A stretch of DNA of 64,000 nucleotides from Escherichia phage BAU.Micro_ELP-22. The translations under genes and the position numbers were made by a program. This document shows, piece by piece, positions 19,862 through 29,829 of the stretch. Each line of letters begins with the position of its first letter. Positions within the stretch are counted from its first letter, which is position 1. Below the pieces are notes generated by a model, which saw only the letters and a program-made list of their open reading frames with translations, was not told the DNA's origin and did not search any database. The stretch is taken from the sequence record OR699282.2. One strand, written 5' to 3'.

Positions 19862-20290
19862 ATGAATATCGAACAAACTATCCGTGAACATTCTTTCTTC
19901 GCTCCAGAAACTGGTCGTGTTATTGAGAGCGTCAAAATTGAAGAACTAATGGTCAATGTTAAATACAAAGAACCAAATGATGAGATTAGCAGTACTTTTT
20001 GTGCTCTACGTGCACCATTCCGTAATGAAAAAGCTAAGAAACCAGCATATGTTCTTGCCATTGCACTGGGTTGTGTTGTAAAACTTGCAGTTGATGAAAA
20101 TCTTCTGAATATTAAAGTTGCACCAAGCAATGACGATGAAAACATTGATTTGAACTTTGATGGTTCTCTTGATGAAGATGTATTTTTCCAACAGTCACTT
20201 GTTTACGACTTCCGTACAGTGACACATTCTCACATCAAGTTCATTAATGAAATGGTTGGGATTGTTGCTGAATACGAAGAATCTCTCTAA
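19862..20290 (+). CDS. C-terminal FFQ-x-S motif family member
   Basis: 142 aa; C-terminal DEDVFFQQSLVYD. Confidence 0.55.
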   Translation: MNIEQTIREHSFFAPETGRVIESVKIEELMVNVKYKEPNDEISSTFCALRAPFRNEKAKKPAYVLAIALGCVVKLAVDENLLNIKVAPSNDDENIDLNFDGSLDEDVFFQQSLVYDFRTVTHSHIKFINEMVGIVAEYEESL

Positions 20291-20301
20291 GTAAATACAA
20301 A

Positions 20302-20324
20302 AGCCTCCATTATGGAGGCTTTTA
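20302..20324 (+). terminator. Rho-independent terminator
   Basis: agcctcca/tggaggct hairpin followed by TTTT. Confidence 0.7.
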
Positions 20325-20343
20325 TCACATAAGGAAATGAAAT

Positions 20344-20895
20344 ATGATAGACCAAATTAAAATCCTTACAAAGCAAATCACTGATTTTCTTTCTGATAAA
20401 GATGGATTTAATACAGAAGTAAAAATGCACGGTGTTAGTGTTGATGTAATTGCACCAAATGGTAATGTAACAAGTTACGACATGTATGAATTACTTCTTT
20501 ATACTCTAGCAGTACGTAAACTAGGTAGTGATATTGAACTCAATATCAATACTGATGAAAGTGGGAATAAAATTTTTGCAATCAACACCAGTGCTAAATT
20601 CGATATCAGTACTGAAATTAAAAAAATAAATGAAAGTTTTATTGGCTTTAAGCATGAATCAATTCAAAGTGTTTTTATTGGAAAGCAAACTTCTAATAGT
20701 GAATGCCCATATTGTGTAATGACTTTATATAAAGATGGAAACTGGATGCGTCAAGATTTAGTATTTGCTGAACTTCTGTATGCATTTACACATGAACTTA
20801 AAATCGAATTGGACGATAGTGTTTATTGCTTTAAGAAAATTCGAAATATAACTAAAGATATACAAACCCAACTTAAAGAATTAAATGATAAATAA
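20344..20895 (+). CDS. Hypothetical protein
   Basis: 183 aa; AGGAAA RBS. Confidence 0.55.
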   Translation: MIDQIKILTKQITDFLSDKDGFNTEVKMHGVSVDVIAPNGNVTSYDMYELLLYTLAVRKLGSDIELNINTDESGNKIFAINTSAKFDISTEIKKINESFIGFKHESIQSVFIGKQTSNSECPYCVMTLYKDGNWMRQDLVFAELLYAFTHELKIELDDSVYCFKKIRNITKDIQTQLKELNDK

Positions 20896-21010
20896 ATATA
20901 CCAGAAATGGTTAACATATCATGTTACTTTCCTCCCTTACATAATAATGATGCGTTATTATATTTTCATTTTGTTCTTATTCCCCTTTTGGTACAAAATC
21001 ATTTTAGTAC

Positions 21011-21036
21011 TGCCCCGATCTTCGGGGCATTTTTCT
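21011..21036 (+). terminator. Rho-independent terminator
   Basis: tgccccg-atctt-cggggca hairpin followed by TTTTT. Confidence 0.7.
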
Positions 21037-21055
21037 TATCTAAAATTGAGGATAT

Positions 21056-21451
21056 ATGAAGAACAATATTGGAACTTCAATAATTAAACCACTTTCTTAT
21101 TACCTTGAAAAATTTAGAAGCACAAATGGTAATAAATTTAATAATATATTTCAGTTCTCTCATAAAGAATATATTACAATTGATCATTTTTCAAAGAAAC
21201 TAATGTATGTAAATGATAATAGTCATATTATTAAATTATCATTCGATATTGAGTTAGATAAATTAACATTTACGGAATACATTAATCAAAAAACTTCTTT
21301 TTTATGTCAATACAATAGGAAAGTATATAGTAATATTTCTATGTATCTAAATGATGAATATCACTTTCAACAATCTACAATAGAAGAAGTATTGTTCAGT
21401 ACTGAAGAATTAAAAGAACTATATTACTGGTATAATTATTTCACATCTTGA
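21056..21451 (+). CDS. C-terminal FFQ-x-S motif family member
   Basis: 131 aa; NDEYHFQQSTIEE; GAGGA RBS. Confidence 0.55.
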   Translation: MKNNIGTSIIKPLSYYLEKFRSTNGNKFNNIFQFSHKEYITIDHFSKKLMYVNDNSHIIKLSFDIELDKLTFTEYINQKTSFLCQYNRKVYSNISMYLNDEYHFQQSTIEEVLFSTEELKELYYWYNYFTS

Positions 21452-21506
21452 CATTATTGTGGGTTTATCCTACAATACATGATGATGCTGCATTGAGGAT
21501 AAATTT

Positions 21507-21917
21507 ATGAGTTTAGATTTACACAATGAACTAAAATATTTTTTAGATTTGGACATATCAGAATTGAACCACCACGTCAATCATATGACTAGTACTGTAT
21601 GGTGGTCTAATGATCAAGACGACCCAATTATCCAACTAAGTGATGAATCGTCAATTATGCGATTTTATAAGATTAATTATAAAACGAACATCAAGATCAC
21701 ATATGTACCATACAAAAACATACTACTAGTCGAAACACTTAATCCAAGTTCTTTATTAAAAATCACCGATTTAGATACATTACAAACAAGTGAATCTTTA
21801 TTCCAACGTTCATTAGTTGATGATCTTGGTGGTATTACTTTTGAAGATATATTACAATTGAAGAATATGTATAGTGAATTGTTGGAGATTAAAAACACTT
21901 TAGTAATGGGGAATTGA
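21507..21917 (+). CDS. C-terminal FFQ-x-S motif family member
   Basis: 136 aa; TSESLFQRSLVDD. Confidence 0.55.
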   Translation: MSLDLHNELKYFLDLDISELNHHVNHMTSTVWWSNDQDDPIIQLSDESSIMRFYKINYKTNIKITYVPYKNILLVETLNPSSLLKITDLDTLQTSESLFQRSLVDDLGGITFEDILQLKNMYSELLEIKNTLVMGN

Positions 21918-21918
21918 T

Positions 21919-22323
21919 ATGGTAAGTTTACTAGATATTGATAATACCAGTTTAGTGCTGGTGAAAAAAGGTTTAATTCCAAATTCTAAAAAAATTGATT
22001 ATGCTGTTATTGAAACAAATATTGGAAATATCTGGTACGACTCTGAAAGGGATATTGTGTTTAGCTGTGTAGACAGTGATCGTTCTGAATGTTGTAGAGT
22101 CGGTCATGACGGACAATTTGTTTTTGAATTTCGTTATTGGAAGGACGCAAAATTTCACCAAGAACTGGTTGCTTTGTCAAATGAACTATATACAGAAGAA
22201 TCGTTCTTCATGGCTAGTACTATTAATGATTTTGGTTCAGTTACATTTGAGTACTATAAAAAAATATACGCACTATCCAGAGAAGTTATGAAAATTATCA
22301 GAACTGCTGAAGGTAAAGAATAA
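21919..22323 (+). CDS. C-terminal FFQ-x-S motif family member
   Basis: 134 aa; TEESFFMASTIND. Confidence 0.55.
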   Translation: MVSLLDIDNTSLVLVKKGLIPNSKKIDYAVIETNIGNIWYDSERDIVFSCVDSDRSECCRVGHDGQFVFEFRYWKDAKFHQELVALSNELYTEESFFMASTINDFGSVTFEYYKKIYALSREVMKIIRTAEGKE

Positions 22324-22324
22324 C

Positions 22325-22702
22325 ATGACTACTATATATGATATTTTGGGTGTTCTGAGTAGAAATATAGATGATGATTTTGTTATTGTTCAAGATACTA
22401 GAAATACATTTCAACTACCAATAGGTTCACCAGATAGGTTAATTTTTAATAGATACTCAAATGAACTAACTTACATCCATGATGGGATTGCAATTGTATC
22501 AGTTTCTATAAACGACTATACAATACGATATGTATATGACTTCAACGATTATTGTACAAGAATCCACAGTATTGATATTTCCGAAGAGGAACTATTCCAA
22601 TTGTCATTGATTGAGAAAAATGTAATAGGAATTACAGAAATTGGTATTATTAAAAAAGCATTAAACTATACAAATATAAGAATTAATGGTGGGTGCGGAT
22701 GA
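22325..22702 (+). CDS. C-terminal FFQ-x-S motif family member
   Basis: 125 aa; SEEELFQLSLIEK. Confidence 0.55.
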   Translation: MTTIYDILGVLSRNIDDDFVIVQDTRNTFQLPIGSPDRLIFNRYSNELTYIHDGIAIVSVSINDYTIRYVYDFNDYCTRIHSIDISEEELFQLSLIEKNVIGITEIGIIKKALNYTNIRINGGCG

Positions 22703-23154
22703 ATGTTGACGAAATAAAAAATCATTTTGAAATTGCAATGTCATGTGAATTTGACACACAACGTGTTCATGACCCGAAAGAACATATACGAATTTGTTGT
22801 GAATTGTCAGATGATTGTAATATTTTTATTGGAAAAACCTATGACATGATCGATCTTTCATGTATAGATCCATTGGAAAGAAAAACAAAATATTTATATC
22901 TGTACAACACAACATCAGATACGATTGCAATACAACTAATATCAACCACAACATCCCAAAGTTATTATAACATAACTGAGGTTAGTAGTTTAACGTTAAC
23001 CGAAGAAGGATTCTTTCAACAATCGCTTATTCGTGAAATTGGTGTTAGTTATGATGAGTTAAATGTATTAGTAGATTGTTTCGAAAAATTAAGTACTTTT
23101 GTATTATCCCTTTTTAATATACAGTCGCAAAATCCAATGGTGGTGAAATGCTAA
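22693..23154 (+). CDS. C-terminal FFQ-x-S motif family member
   Basis: 153 aa; TEEGFFQQSLIRE. Confidence 0.55.
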   Translation: MRMNVDEIKNHFEIAMSCEFDTQRVHDPKEHIRICCELSDDCNIFIGKTYDMIDLSCIDPLERKTKYLYLYNTTSDTIAIQLISTTTSQSYYNITEVSSLTLTEEGFFQQSLIREIGVSYDELNVLVDCFEKLSTFVLSLFNIQSQNPMVVKC

Positions 23155-23588
23155 ATCCAAGTAAATTTCTCCACTTACTTTCGATAACATCAATACCGGA
23201 TCTTACCAGTGAAACTAATGAATATCGTGAAGCTGGGGTGGTGTCTATGGAACTCGATACATTTGACCACAAATGCTATGTGACATATGACCCACCGCGT
23301 TATGGTAAAGAACATTCTTCTTTTATTTTTGTATTCGTATACACTGTATATGATAATACAACACTTGATGATGTTTGTATTGACACTTACGAAATTTGTG
23401 ATAATATCATAACTGATGACAACAATAACTCATTTGATATGTCACTATATAACACAGAAGAATCGTTGTTTCAACTTAGTACTGTTATTGATGCACCATC
23501 ATTAGAAGATATAAAACAATTTCAAGAACATCTTGACGCAGTTCGTGAGATGTTCTATAATCATTATCCAGAAGTAGAGTTCAATTAA
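23148..23588 (+). CDS. C-terminal FFQ-x-S motif family member
   Basis: 146 aa; TEESLFQLSTVID. Confidence 0.55.
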   Translation: MLNPSKFLHLLSITSIPDLTSETNEYREAGVVSMELDTFDHKCYVTYDPPRYGKEHSSFIFVFVYTVYDNTTLDDVCIDTYEICDNIITDDNNNSFDMSLYNTEESLFQLSTVIDAPSLEDIKQFQEHLDAVREMFYNHYPEVEFN

Positions 23589-23602
23589 CTAAAGGTAATA
23601 AG

Positions 23603-23863
23603 ATGACTAAAGTAGTTCGTAAACGCCACATGATGAACATGGATGAATTTCGCACATTTGACAAATATCGTACTATGTTTCGTATGCTTTCACAGGGCCG
23701 TCCAATCGTCATTGTAACAGAGAATTACATGTCACCTGAGATTATGTTTGGTAATTATGAAAAGGTCTTCATGTTGTACGTGAAGCGTGGATTACTTACA
23801 ATCAAGACATTAGCTGAAGCAACTGATGAAGATATGGATGGTGATAATACCTTTACCATGTGA
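23603..23863 (+). CDS. Hypothetical protein
   Basis: 86 aa; AAGG RBS. Confidence 0.5.
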   Translation: MTKVVRKRHMMNMDEFRTFDKYRTMFRMLSQGRPIVIVTENYMSPEIMFGNYEKVFMLYVKRGLLTIKTLAEATDEDMDGDNTFTM

Positions 23864-23938
23864 GGAAATATATGTCTGAAAAGCCAAAAGAACCATTAGA
23901 TCGTGATGATGATTTTTATGACGAACGATATGGAGATG

Positions 23939-24193
23939 ATGATGAGTGAACATAGTGCTGTGCTTAAAAAGATTTTAAAGGAACTTGATGGTGAATTTAA
24001 TGTCACAGAAGAAGAATATCAGCATTGGAAGAAAGGTTTTGAACAACTAACCGAGTATGATAAAGTGTTCAATATGATTGGCGTAATTAGCCAGTATTTA
24101 CTCGGTGGAGGACGTGCAAGTGCTTCAATTCTGGCATCTGCAATCATCTGTACATCACGATGGTGTGATGAAAAAAGTTTGGAAGATTTCTAA
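23939..24193 (+). CDS. Hypothetical protein
   Basis: about 84 aa; start ambiguous among a run of ATGs 23930-23942 after GGAG. Confidence 0.45.
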   Translation: MMSEHSAVLKKILKELDGEFNVTEEEYQHWKKGFEQLTEYDKVFNMIGVISQYLLGGGRASASILASAIICTSRWCDEKSLEDF

Positions 24194-24245
24194 ATAAGAT
24201 GCTATAATATATTATAGTACCTTAACAATATAAAAAGGATTTTAT

Positions 24246-25106
24246 ATGAAACCTATCCGAATACTTTCTCTTTTTAATGGAATGAGTGTGGGATATATGG
24301 CATTGCAAGATGCGGGTATCCCAGTTGAAAAATATTATTCATCCGAAATTGATAAGTACGCAATAGCTGAATCTCAATCTAACTTTCCTGATATTATCCA
24401 ATTGGGTGATATAACTAAGTGGAGAGAATGGGATATTGAGTGGGACAAAATAGATTTATTAATGGGTGGTTTCCCATGCCAAGCCTGGTCAGTTGCAGGT
24501 AAACAGGGTGGTTTAAATGATATACGTGGGCAGTTATTTTTAGTAATGGTTGAAATTTTTGATCATATCAAAAGTCTCAATCCTAACTTGAAATTTCTGT
24601 TTGAAAATGTTAAAATGAAGGAAGATTTCAAAGAATACATTAATAGTATTTTAGGAATCACGCCAGTACTGATAAACTCCCAGCATTATACGCCTCACTT
24701 CAGGCAGAGATATTACTGGTACAGTACTGATAAGCTTTTTATACCACCTGCATTATCCAATGCACCTAAACTTCAAGATATTATTGAAGATGGTTGGTAC
24801 ACTGACAGAACCGCTTCGTACTGTATAGATGCTAACTATTTTAAAGGTGGTGATTGTAACCAGTACTTTAATAAATCCAGACGACAATTGGTGTTTCGTG
24901 ACCCAGTGATCAGTCGTCAATATCTATTAGAGAATGGCAAAAGAAATATTGACTATAGACACTTAAGTGTAGTAGAATGTTGTAAATTACAGGGTGTTCC
25001 TGAAGATTTCTTTAAAGTGTCTAGTAAGACACAAGCATACAAAATGCTTGGGAATGGATGGACTATGCCAGTTATATCACATTTACTAAGAGAGATATTC
25101 TTTTGA
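24246..25106 (+). CDS. DNA cytosine-5 methyltransferase
   Basis: 286 aa; motif I LSLFNGMSVG, motif IV GFPCQAWS, motif VI LFENV, C-terminal LGNGWTMPV. Confidence 0.8.
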   Translation: MKPIRILSLFNGMSVGYMALQDAGIPVEKYYSSEIDKYAIAESQSNFPDIIQLGDITKWREWDIEWDKIDLLMGGFPCQAWSVAGKQGGLNDIRGQLFLVMVEIFDHIKSLNPNLKFLFENVKMKEDFKEYINSILGITPVLINSQHYTPHFRQRYYWYSTDKLFIPPALSNAPKLQDIIEDGWYTDRTASYCIDANYFKGGDCNQYFNKSRRQLVFRDPVISRQYLLENGKRNIDYRHLSVVECCKLQGVPEDFFKVSSKTQAYKMLGNGWTMPVISHLLREIFF

Positions 25107-25588
25107 ACATAAACAAATACCAAACTTATATAAAACGTACAGAAAGTTTCAAACGGCTGGCTGTAAAATCTGAATTAGAATTTAATTTGTATTATCCTAA
25201 TATTGGTGATGAGGTATTTTATTGCTCTCATTCAAAGAATGGAACTTTACTTAAATCGGGTAAAGGAACTATTGTTGATATGACCGCAAATTTCAGAGGT
25301 AAACTTAATGTAATGTACAAAGTACAAGATTCAAGTACTGAGTGTATTCATGAAGTGATGCATAACATACCTGCATATCCAAAAGATTTTGTTCAGCTAA
25401 TATCTCGAAGGGAGAAACCTATGTTTTATTGTGGTTACGACAAATTAACCAAACAAATTATTCCTAATACTATGGGAAAATTTAAAAGTGATGTGAAATC
25501 TGAACTTGAAAAGAAATTTGGCACGTCATGGGAAACTGAAAACGAGTTTATCGAAATTCGTTTAATTGAAATTACTATACTTGAATAA
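25058..25588 (+). CDS. Hypothetical protein
   Basis: 176 aa; overlaps MTase 3' end by 49 nt, start uncertain. Confidence 0.45.
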   Translation: MDYASYITFTKRDILLNINKYQTYIKRTESFKRLAVKSELEFNLYYPNIGDEVFYCSHSKNGTLLKSGKGTIVDMTANFRGKLNVMYKVQDSSTECIHEVMHNIPAYPKDFVQLISRREKPMFYCGYDKLTKQIIPNTMGKFKSDVKSELEKKFGTSWETENEFIEIRLIEITILE

Positions 25589-25593
25589 TTACA

Positions 25594-25618
25594 AATCCAC
25601 GCATTGCGTGGATTTTTC
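25594..25618 (+). terminator. Rho-independent terminator
   Basis: atccacgc/gcgtggat hairpin followed by TTTT. Confidence 0.65.
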
Positions 25619-25630
25619 ATAGGTGCATAT

Positions 25631-26146
25631 ATGCCAATTCCTTATGTTAAAATTATTAATAATATTCTCGATTCATGGGAAGATGTTATTACTGGTAAAA
25701 AGCAACCATCACCAGTACATGCTTTATCTGGGAAACTTCAATTCAGAATGTCAAACCAAACTGAAACATTTAATAATCATGATATTTGCATTACATTAAA
25801 AACACCTATTAGTATTGTAATTAAAAAAAATAAAGATGATGAATTGACATTATCTATTGGTCGTGATAAAATCATTTTAAGTAATTTGTCTGAAGAAGAA
25901 TTCTTTCAAAGAAGTACTATTATCGATATGAAAGATTTCACATATGAATCATTGGTTGAACTCAATACACGTTTTAACGATATTCAGGAACGATTGCGAC
26001 CAATTCTTCGTATCGAAGAAGAAGCCTGGATTGAAAGTATTAGGAAGATGCAAGAAATGTTGAAAGAAAATATTAACAATCTGGGTAAAGCTACAATGGA
26101 ATTTGGTAAAACTTTTAAACTGAACTTTTCAAAGGATCGTAAATGA
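25631..26146 (+). CDS. C-terminal FFQ-x-S motif family member
   Basis: 171 aa from ATG 25631 (track start 25604 lies in the terminator); SEEEFFQRSTIID. Confidence 0.55.
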   Translation: MPIPYVKIINNILDSWEDVITGKKQPSPVHALSGKLQFRMSNQTETFNNHDICITLKTPISIVIKKNKDDELTLSIGRDKIILSNLSEEEFFQRSTIIDMKDFTYESLVELNTRFNDIQERLRPILRIEEEAWIESIRKMQEMLKENINNLGKATMEFGKTFKLNFSKDRK

Positions 26147-26598
26147 AAATTGATAATTTGATTCATGTTTTAGGATCTTTACATAAAATATTATCACATC
26201 TACATGAGATAAAGAAACTGGGATTTAACATCTCAAATTCAATTGAAACTACATTTAAATATCAATCAATTACTGGTGATGGTTATTACATAATCGAATA
26301 TACTTATGAAACCGATCCAGACTTCTATCCTCTTACGTTGAGAATTTATCCAACAAATCCGAGAGGAATTCACGACATATCATCAATTTCACTTGATCCA
26401 GATGGTGAAACGAGTATTGAATACAATAATGATTCAAAACCAGAATTTTACATTGATGATATTAAAATGATGTTCAACGATGAATATGTGTTCCAGCAAA
26501 GTACAGTGCATGATGTTGGAAGTACTAATGGACAATTTTGGAATACATGTTATTATCATATGATTGAAATTTGTAAATTACTAAAAGGTGATGATTAA
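26143..26598 (+). CDS. C-terminal FFQ-x-S motif family member
   Basis: 151 aa; NDEYVFQQSTVHD; ATGA overlap. Confidence 0.55.
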   Translation: MKIDNLIHVLGSLHKILSHLHEIKKLGFNISNSIETTFKYQSITGDGYYIIEYTYETDPDFYPLTLRIYPTNPRGIHDISSISLDPDGETSIEYNNDSKPEFYIDDIKMMFNDEYVFQQSTVHDVGSTNGQFWNTCYYHMIEICKLLKGDD

Positions 26599-26981
26599 TG
26601 AAATACAGCATTGAAGTACATTACACTACAGGGGACACTGAAACTGAAGATTCAGTTACCAATACATTGGATGTTCAATGGGAATCAAAGGATGAGGCAG
26701 TTGTAGCATTACAGTCTTTGAAAGAGCATTGGGTATTCTTTAAGAAACTCGATGATGCATATAGTAACGAACGTGCGACAATAATCGATGAAGCCAAACA
26801 TAAAGAATGGTTTGATCCAATGTCATGTGAATTCTCTTTCTTTGTAAAAATTGGAGATAAAAAAATTCCAGTACGAACACCGTGGAACGGCTACTTTGAA
26901 ACTCTTCATAATGCACGAGTTGTCGCTGTTGATAATCCTGAGCAAATCGATTTCGATTCATTGGACTGGAAAAAACTATGA
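26598..26981 (+). CDS. Hypothetical protein
   Basis: 127 aa; TAATG overlap. Confidence 0.5.
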   Translation: MKYSIEVHYTTGDTETEDSVTNTLDVQWESKDEAVVALQSLKEHWVFFKKLDDAYSNERATIIDEAKHKEWFDPMSCEFSFFVKIGDKKIPVRTPWNGYFETLHNARVVAVDNPEQIDFDSLDWKKL

Positions 26982-27421
26982 CAGTACTGCACCAATTGAA
27001 GAAGGTTAAGCATCCAGTTGTATACGAGGATTGGAAACGACAGAAGTTGATGGGTGATTTTTATTTCCCAAAATCTAAAGTTCTTGCGAATTCAAGATGT
27101 ACATATTTCAAACATAATGATAAAGATACAGTATTTGTTGAAATGGGTTTCAATCCATCAAATACAATGTTCAGTACTAACCAAACATTTTACAAATTTC
27201 ATATCCAAAAAGATTCATTTTCTATCATGATTTTAAAACTTTTCGTTGAAGATCTGCTATACCGTGGTGAAAGTGTTCCTTTATCATTAGTGGATATTCC
27301 TTATAATAATTTAGAGGAAATGTACTTCCAACAGTTGACAGTGCAAGAAAACTTCGGTATGATAGGACTTCAAGAGTTAGAGATGATTAAACAAATTCGT
27401 GATATCTACTTTAAGGAGTAA
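26978..27421 (+). CDS. C-terminal FFQ-x-S motif family member
   Basis: 147 aa; NLEEMYFQQLTVQE. Confidence 0.55.
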   Translation: MTVLHQLKKVKHPVVYEDWKRQKLMGDFYFPKSKVLANSRCTYFKHNDKDTVFVEMGFNPSNTMFSTNQTFYKFHIQKDSFSIMILKLFVEDLLYRGESVPLSLVDIPYNNLEEMYFQQLTVQENFGMIGLQELEMIKQIRDIYFKE

Positions 27422-27423
27422 CT

Positions 27424-27567
27424 ATGCCAGTACGTAACAGTACTTCACGCTTTACGCTTCAACAGAAAGCAGATCTTTTGAATATGGCAAACAAAGATTC
27501 TAATTTTCACTATCTAGTGCTCGGTGGGTCAGTAGAAAAGATTGACCTACGTGAGTGTATGAAATAA
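27424..27567 (+). CDS. Small hypothetical protein
   Basis: 47 aa; GGAG RBS; below ORF-track threshold. Confidence 0.35.
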   Translation: MPVRNSTSRFTLQQKADLLNMANKDSNFHYLVLGGSVEKIDLRECMK

Positions 27568-27581
27568 CAAAAGGGGCTAAA

Positions 27582-27752
27582 ATGAGTTTACGTGAATCAT
27601 GGGAACAATTTAAAGAAGAGATTGGTTATCGTGGTGTTAAGATTGAACCAATCAATCGTACTGAAAGCATCAAAGCTAGTACTAATGGTACTACCTATGA
27701 TCGTTATGATGAAAAGTATGGTTTACATTCTAAACCAAAGGATACTGAGTAA
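27582..27752 (+). CDS. Small hypothetical protein
   Basis: 56 aa from ATG with AAGGGG RBS (track start 27555 is GTG). Confidence 0.4.
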   Translation: MSLRESWEQFKEEIGYRGVKIEPINRTESIKASTNGTTYDRYDEKYGLHSKPKDTE

Positions 27753-27895
27753 TGGTGTATACTAATATTTTTACTGGTATTATGCGTAAATTTATTAATG
27801 GTACTGGATACGTATCTAATGACAACGGTAGTACATGGGTAAAAAATAATACGTCTGAATCTTTAGTAAAAAGTCTTCCGTATTATAAAGCTTGA
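27752..27895 (+). CDS. Small hypothetical protein
   Basis: 47 aa; TAATG coupling; below ORF-track threshold. Confidence 0.3.
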   Translation: MVYTNIFTGIMRKFINGTGYVSNDNGSTWVKNNTSESLVKSLPYYKA

Positions 27896-27920
27896 CACAT
27901 GAAAATGGAGTATGTATAAT
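27892..27920 (+). promoter_or_regulatory. Sigma70-type early promoter
   Basis: TTGACA, 17 nt spacer, TATAAT. Confidence 0.65.
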
Positions 27921-27952
27921 ACTCCTATATTAATTAAACGAGGATATACGAA

Positions 27953-28525
27953 ATGGCTGGTGTTGATAAAATTTGTGAATTCAGTTCAGATTATGAAGGT
28001 TACGAAATGTACAAGTCCAAGCGTAATCACATCCAAGTACTGTCAAAGTACCGTAAAGAATTCAGAGGCCACAAAGCAACATTGTATGTTTTTGAGAATG
28101 GATATTCTGAAGTTTTCACAAGTGGTGGGTACAGTACAGCTAACATGGCACATATCAACCCAAACCCAACTGAAGATGATTGGAATAGTGGTAACGCTTT
28201 TCGTATTTCAATTTTGAATAAAATGAATCGTTACGACCGTTATTGTACATTCTTTGAAAATATTTCAGAATACAAGCAAGCATTAAAGAAATATAATCAA
28301 CGCTTACTAATGAATTATGATTACATTCTTCATGTGCCAACTGTTCCAGGTCAGGTTAATGGTCTGTATACGAATAGTACACATGATTTAACTGCGGTGA
28401 AGCGTCGCCTCAAACGTATGTTGGGTTGTCGTAATTTAACAATCAAGGTTGTGCGTAATGAATCAATGTATAACTTTTTAGATGTACTACACTACACATT
28501 GAAGGATAATAATGGAAACGATTAA
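27953..28525 (+). CDS. Hypothetical protein
   Basis: 190 aa; GAGGA RBS. Confidence 0.55.
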   Translation: MAGVDKICEFSSDYEGYEMYKSKRNHIQVLSKYRKEFRGHKATLYVFENGYSEVFTSGGYSTANMAHINPNPTEDDWNSGNAFRISILNKMNRYDRYCTFFENISEYKQALKKYNQRLLMNYDYILHVPTVPGQVNGLYTNSTHDLTAVKRRLKRMLGCRNLTIKVVRNESMYNFLDVLHYTLKDNNGND

Positions 28526-28709
28526 GTTTATGTTTGAGGTGTTTGTTGCATTCATCTTATGTGCTGTGTCTATTACTATTGCTTTAATCCCAGTAATCGT
28601 TTACCAAGTTAATGGTGGGACAGATCCAACAATTGATATTTTACTTCGTTGTTTCGGGTTTTTTATATGGTTGGCGATGTTTATGTACTACATGCATCTT
28701 GAGGATTGA
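28512..28709 (+). CDS. Small membrane protein
   Basis: 65 aa; two hydrophobic helices. Confidence 0.45.
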   Translation: METIKFMFEVFVAFILCAVSITIALIPVIVYQVNGGTDPTIDILLRCFGFFIWLAMFMYYMHLED

Positions 28710-29542
28710 TTATGTCATTAGAAAAAATAATCATTTCTGAATTCCGAAAGTATATCATGGATTGTGATAGAGATGTACAGCGTAAGTTCAATGAGTACCT
28801 TGACAAATATCCGTATTTGATGTTTAATCCGTTTGAAACTGATGATGATTTATATCTTGGTTTTTACATAGGATTTACTCAACGAATTCTTCATAAAGAT
28901 GAAATGAAACAATCTGAGATTTGGGTAGAAACTGACTCATCAGAGTCTAATGTTTTTTATCTTTATACATATTATGCCGAAATTGTTAGAGATACGACAC
29001 CTGATGGTTGTCTATTTGTACAATCTTCTGATATTGAAAGAATATATATCGAACCTGTATCTTTGGATATGGTGGCACAGCTTCCAACTATCCAAGAACT
29101 AGGTGCAGACGAATTAACTTATTCTGTATTTGAATATCTAAATAGAGATGATTTGACTCAAGAAATTGATAAAATGGTTTCTAGATATACTTCATCACTT
29201 ATTTCGAATGGTAAACTTAAATTAGAATTAATTTTTGAAGATACTAGTATTAATCCAGTAAGAGGGGTTACAATTGGAAAAGTTACCATACGTGTTGTTT
29301 ACGATAATGAAGTACTAGGATATATTTCAAAACGTGGACATGATTTATGTATAATTAGTACATTCGTTATTTCTCGTAAAAAATGGAATGATTTAATGCA
29401 AAAAATCGTGGACGGCAGTAAAATTCGTGATATAATATGTAATGACATGGTAATTATGAATCCTGATGTTGACTGTGATGTATATTTTCCAGTTCCTGGA
29501 TTTACACGAGAAAACTTTAGTAAATTGAAGGATACGAAATGA
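28706..29542 (+). CDS. Hypothetical protein
   Basis: 278 aa; ATGA overlap. Confidence 0.55.
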   Translation: MIMSLEKIIISEFRKYIMDCDRDVQRKFNEYLDKYPYLMFNPFETDDDLYLGFYIGFTQRILHKDEMKQSEIWVETDSSESNVFYLYTYYAEIVRDTTPDGCLFVQSSDIERIYIEPVSLDMVAQLPTIQELGADELTYSVFEYLNRDDLTQEIDKMVSRYTSSLISNGKLKLELIFEDTSINPVRGVTIGKVTIRVVYDNEVLGYISKRGHDLCIISTFVISRKKWNDLMQKIVDGSKIRDIICNDMVIMNPDVDCDVYFPVPGFTRENFSKLKDTK

Positions 29543-29829
29543 AAATTTTAGAAGTCTTGCTAGAAAAAGATGCATCTGGTACTCTTTATGTTGGTAATGA
29601 GTTTAGTCCAGATCCAATTGATATGTTACAGAGAATTCAAACACTGACTCAAAACATCTCGGTTAAAAAACCGTTTCAGAAAGAATTGGAAATCTTTTGT
29701 GATAAAGATATTGAACAGCATGATAATGTGATTTCAGATATTAAAAGTCTATTGACAAAAAATGGTTATGTAGAGTATAATCCTCCTATCGTAATCGTTA
29801 TTCCAGACTTCATGAAAGGAACAATCTAA
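29539..29829 (+). CDS. Hypothetical protein
   Basis: 96 aa; ATGA overlap. Confidence 0.5.
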   Translation: MKILEVLLEKDASGTLYVGNEFSPDPIDMLQRIQTLTQNISVKKPFQKELEIFCDKDIEQHDNVISDIKSLLTKNGYVEYNPPIVIVIPDFMKGTI

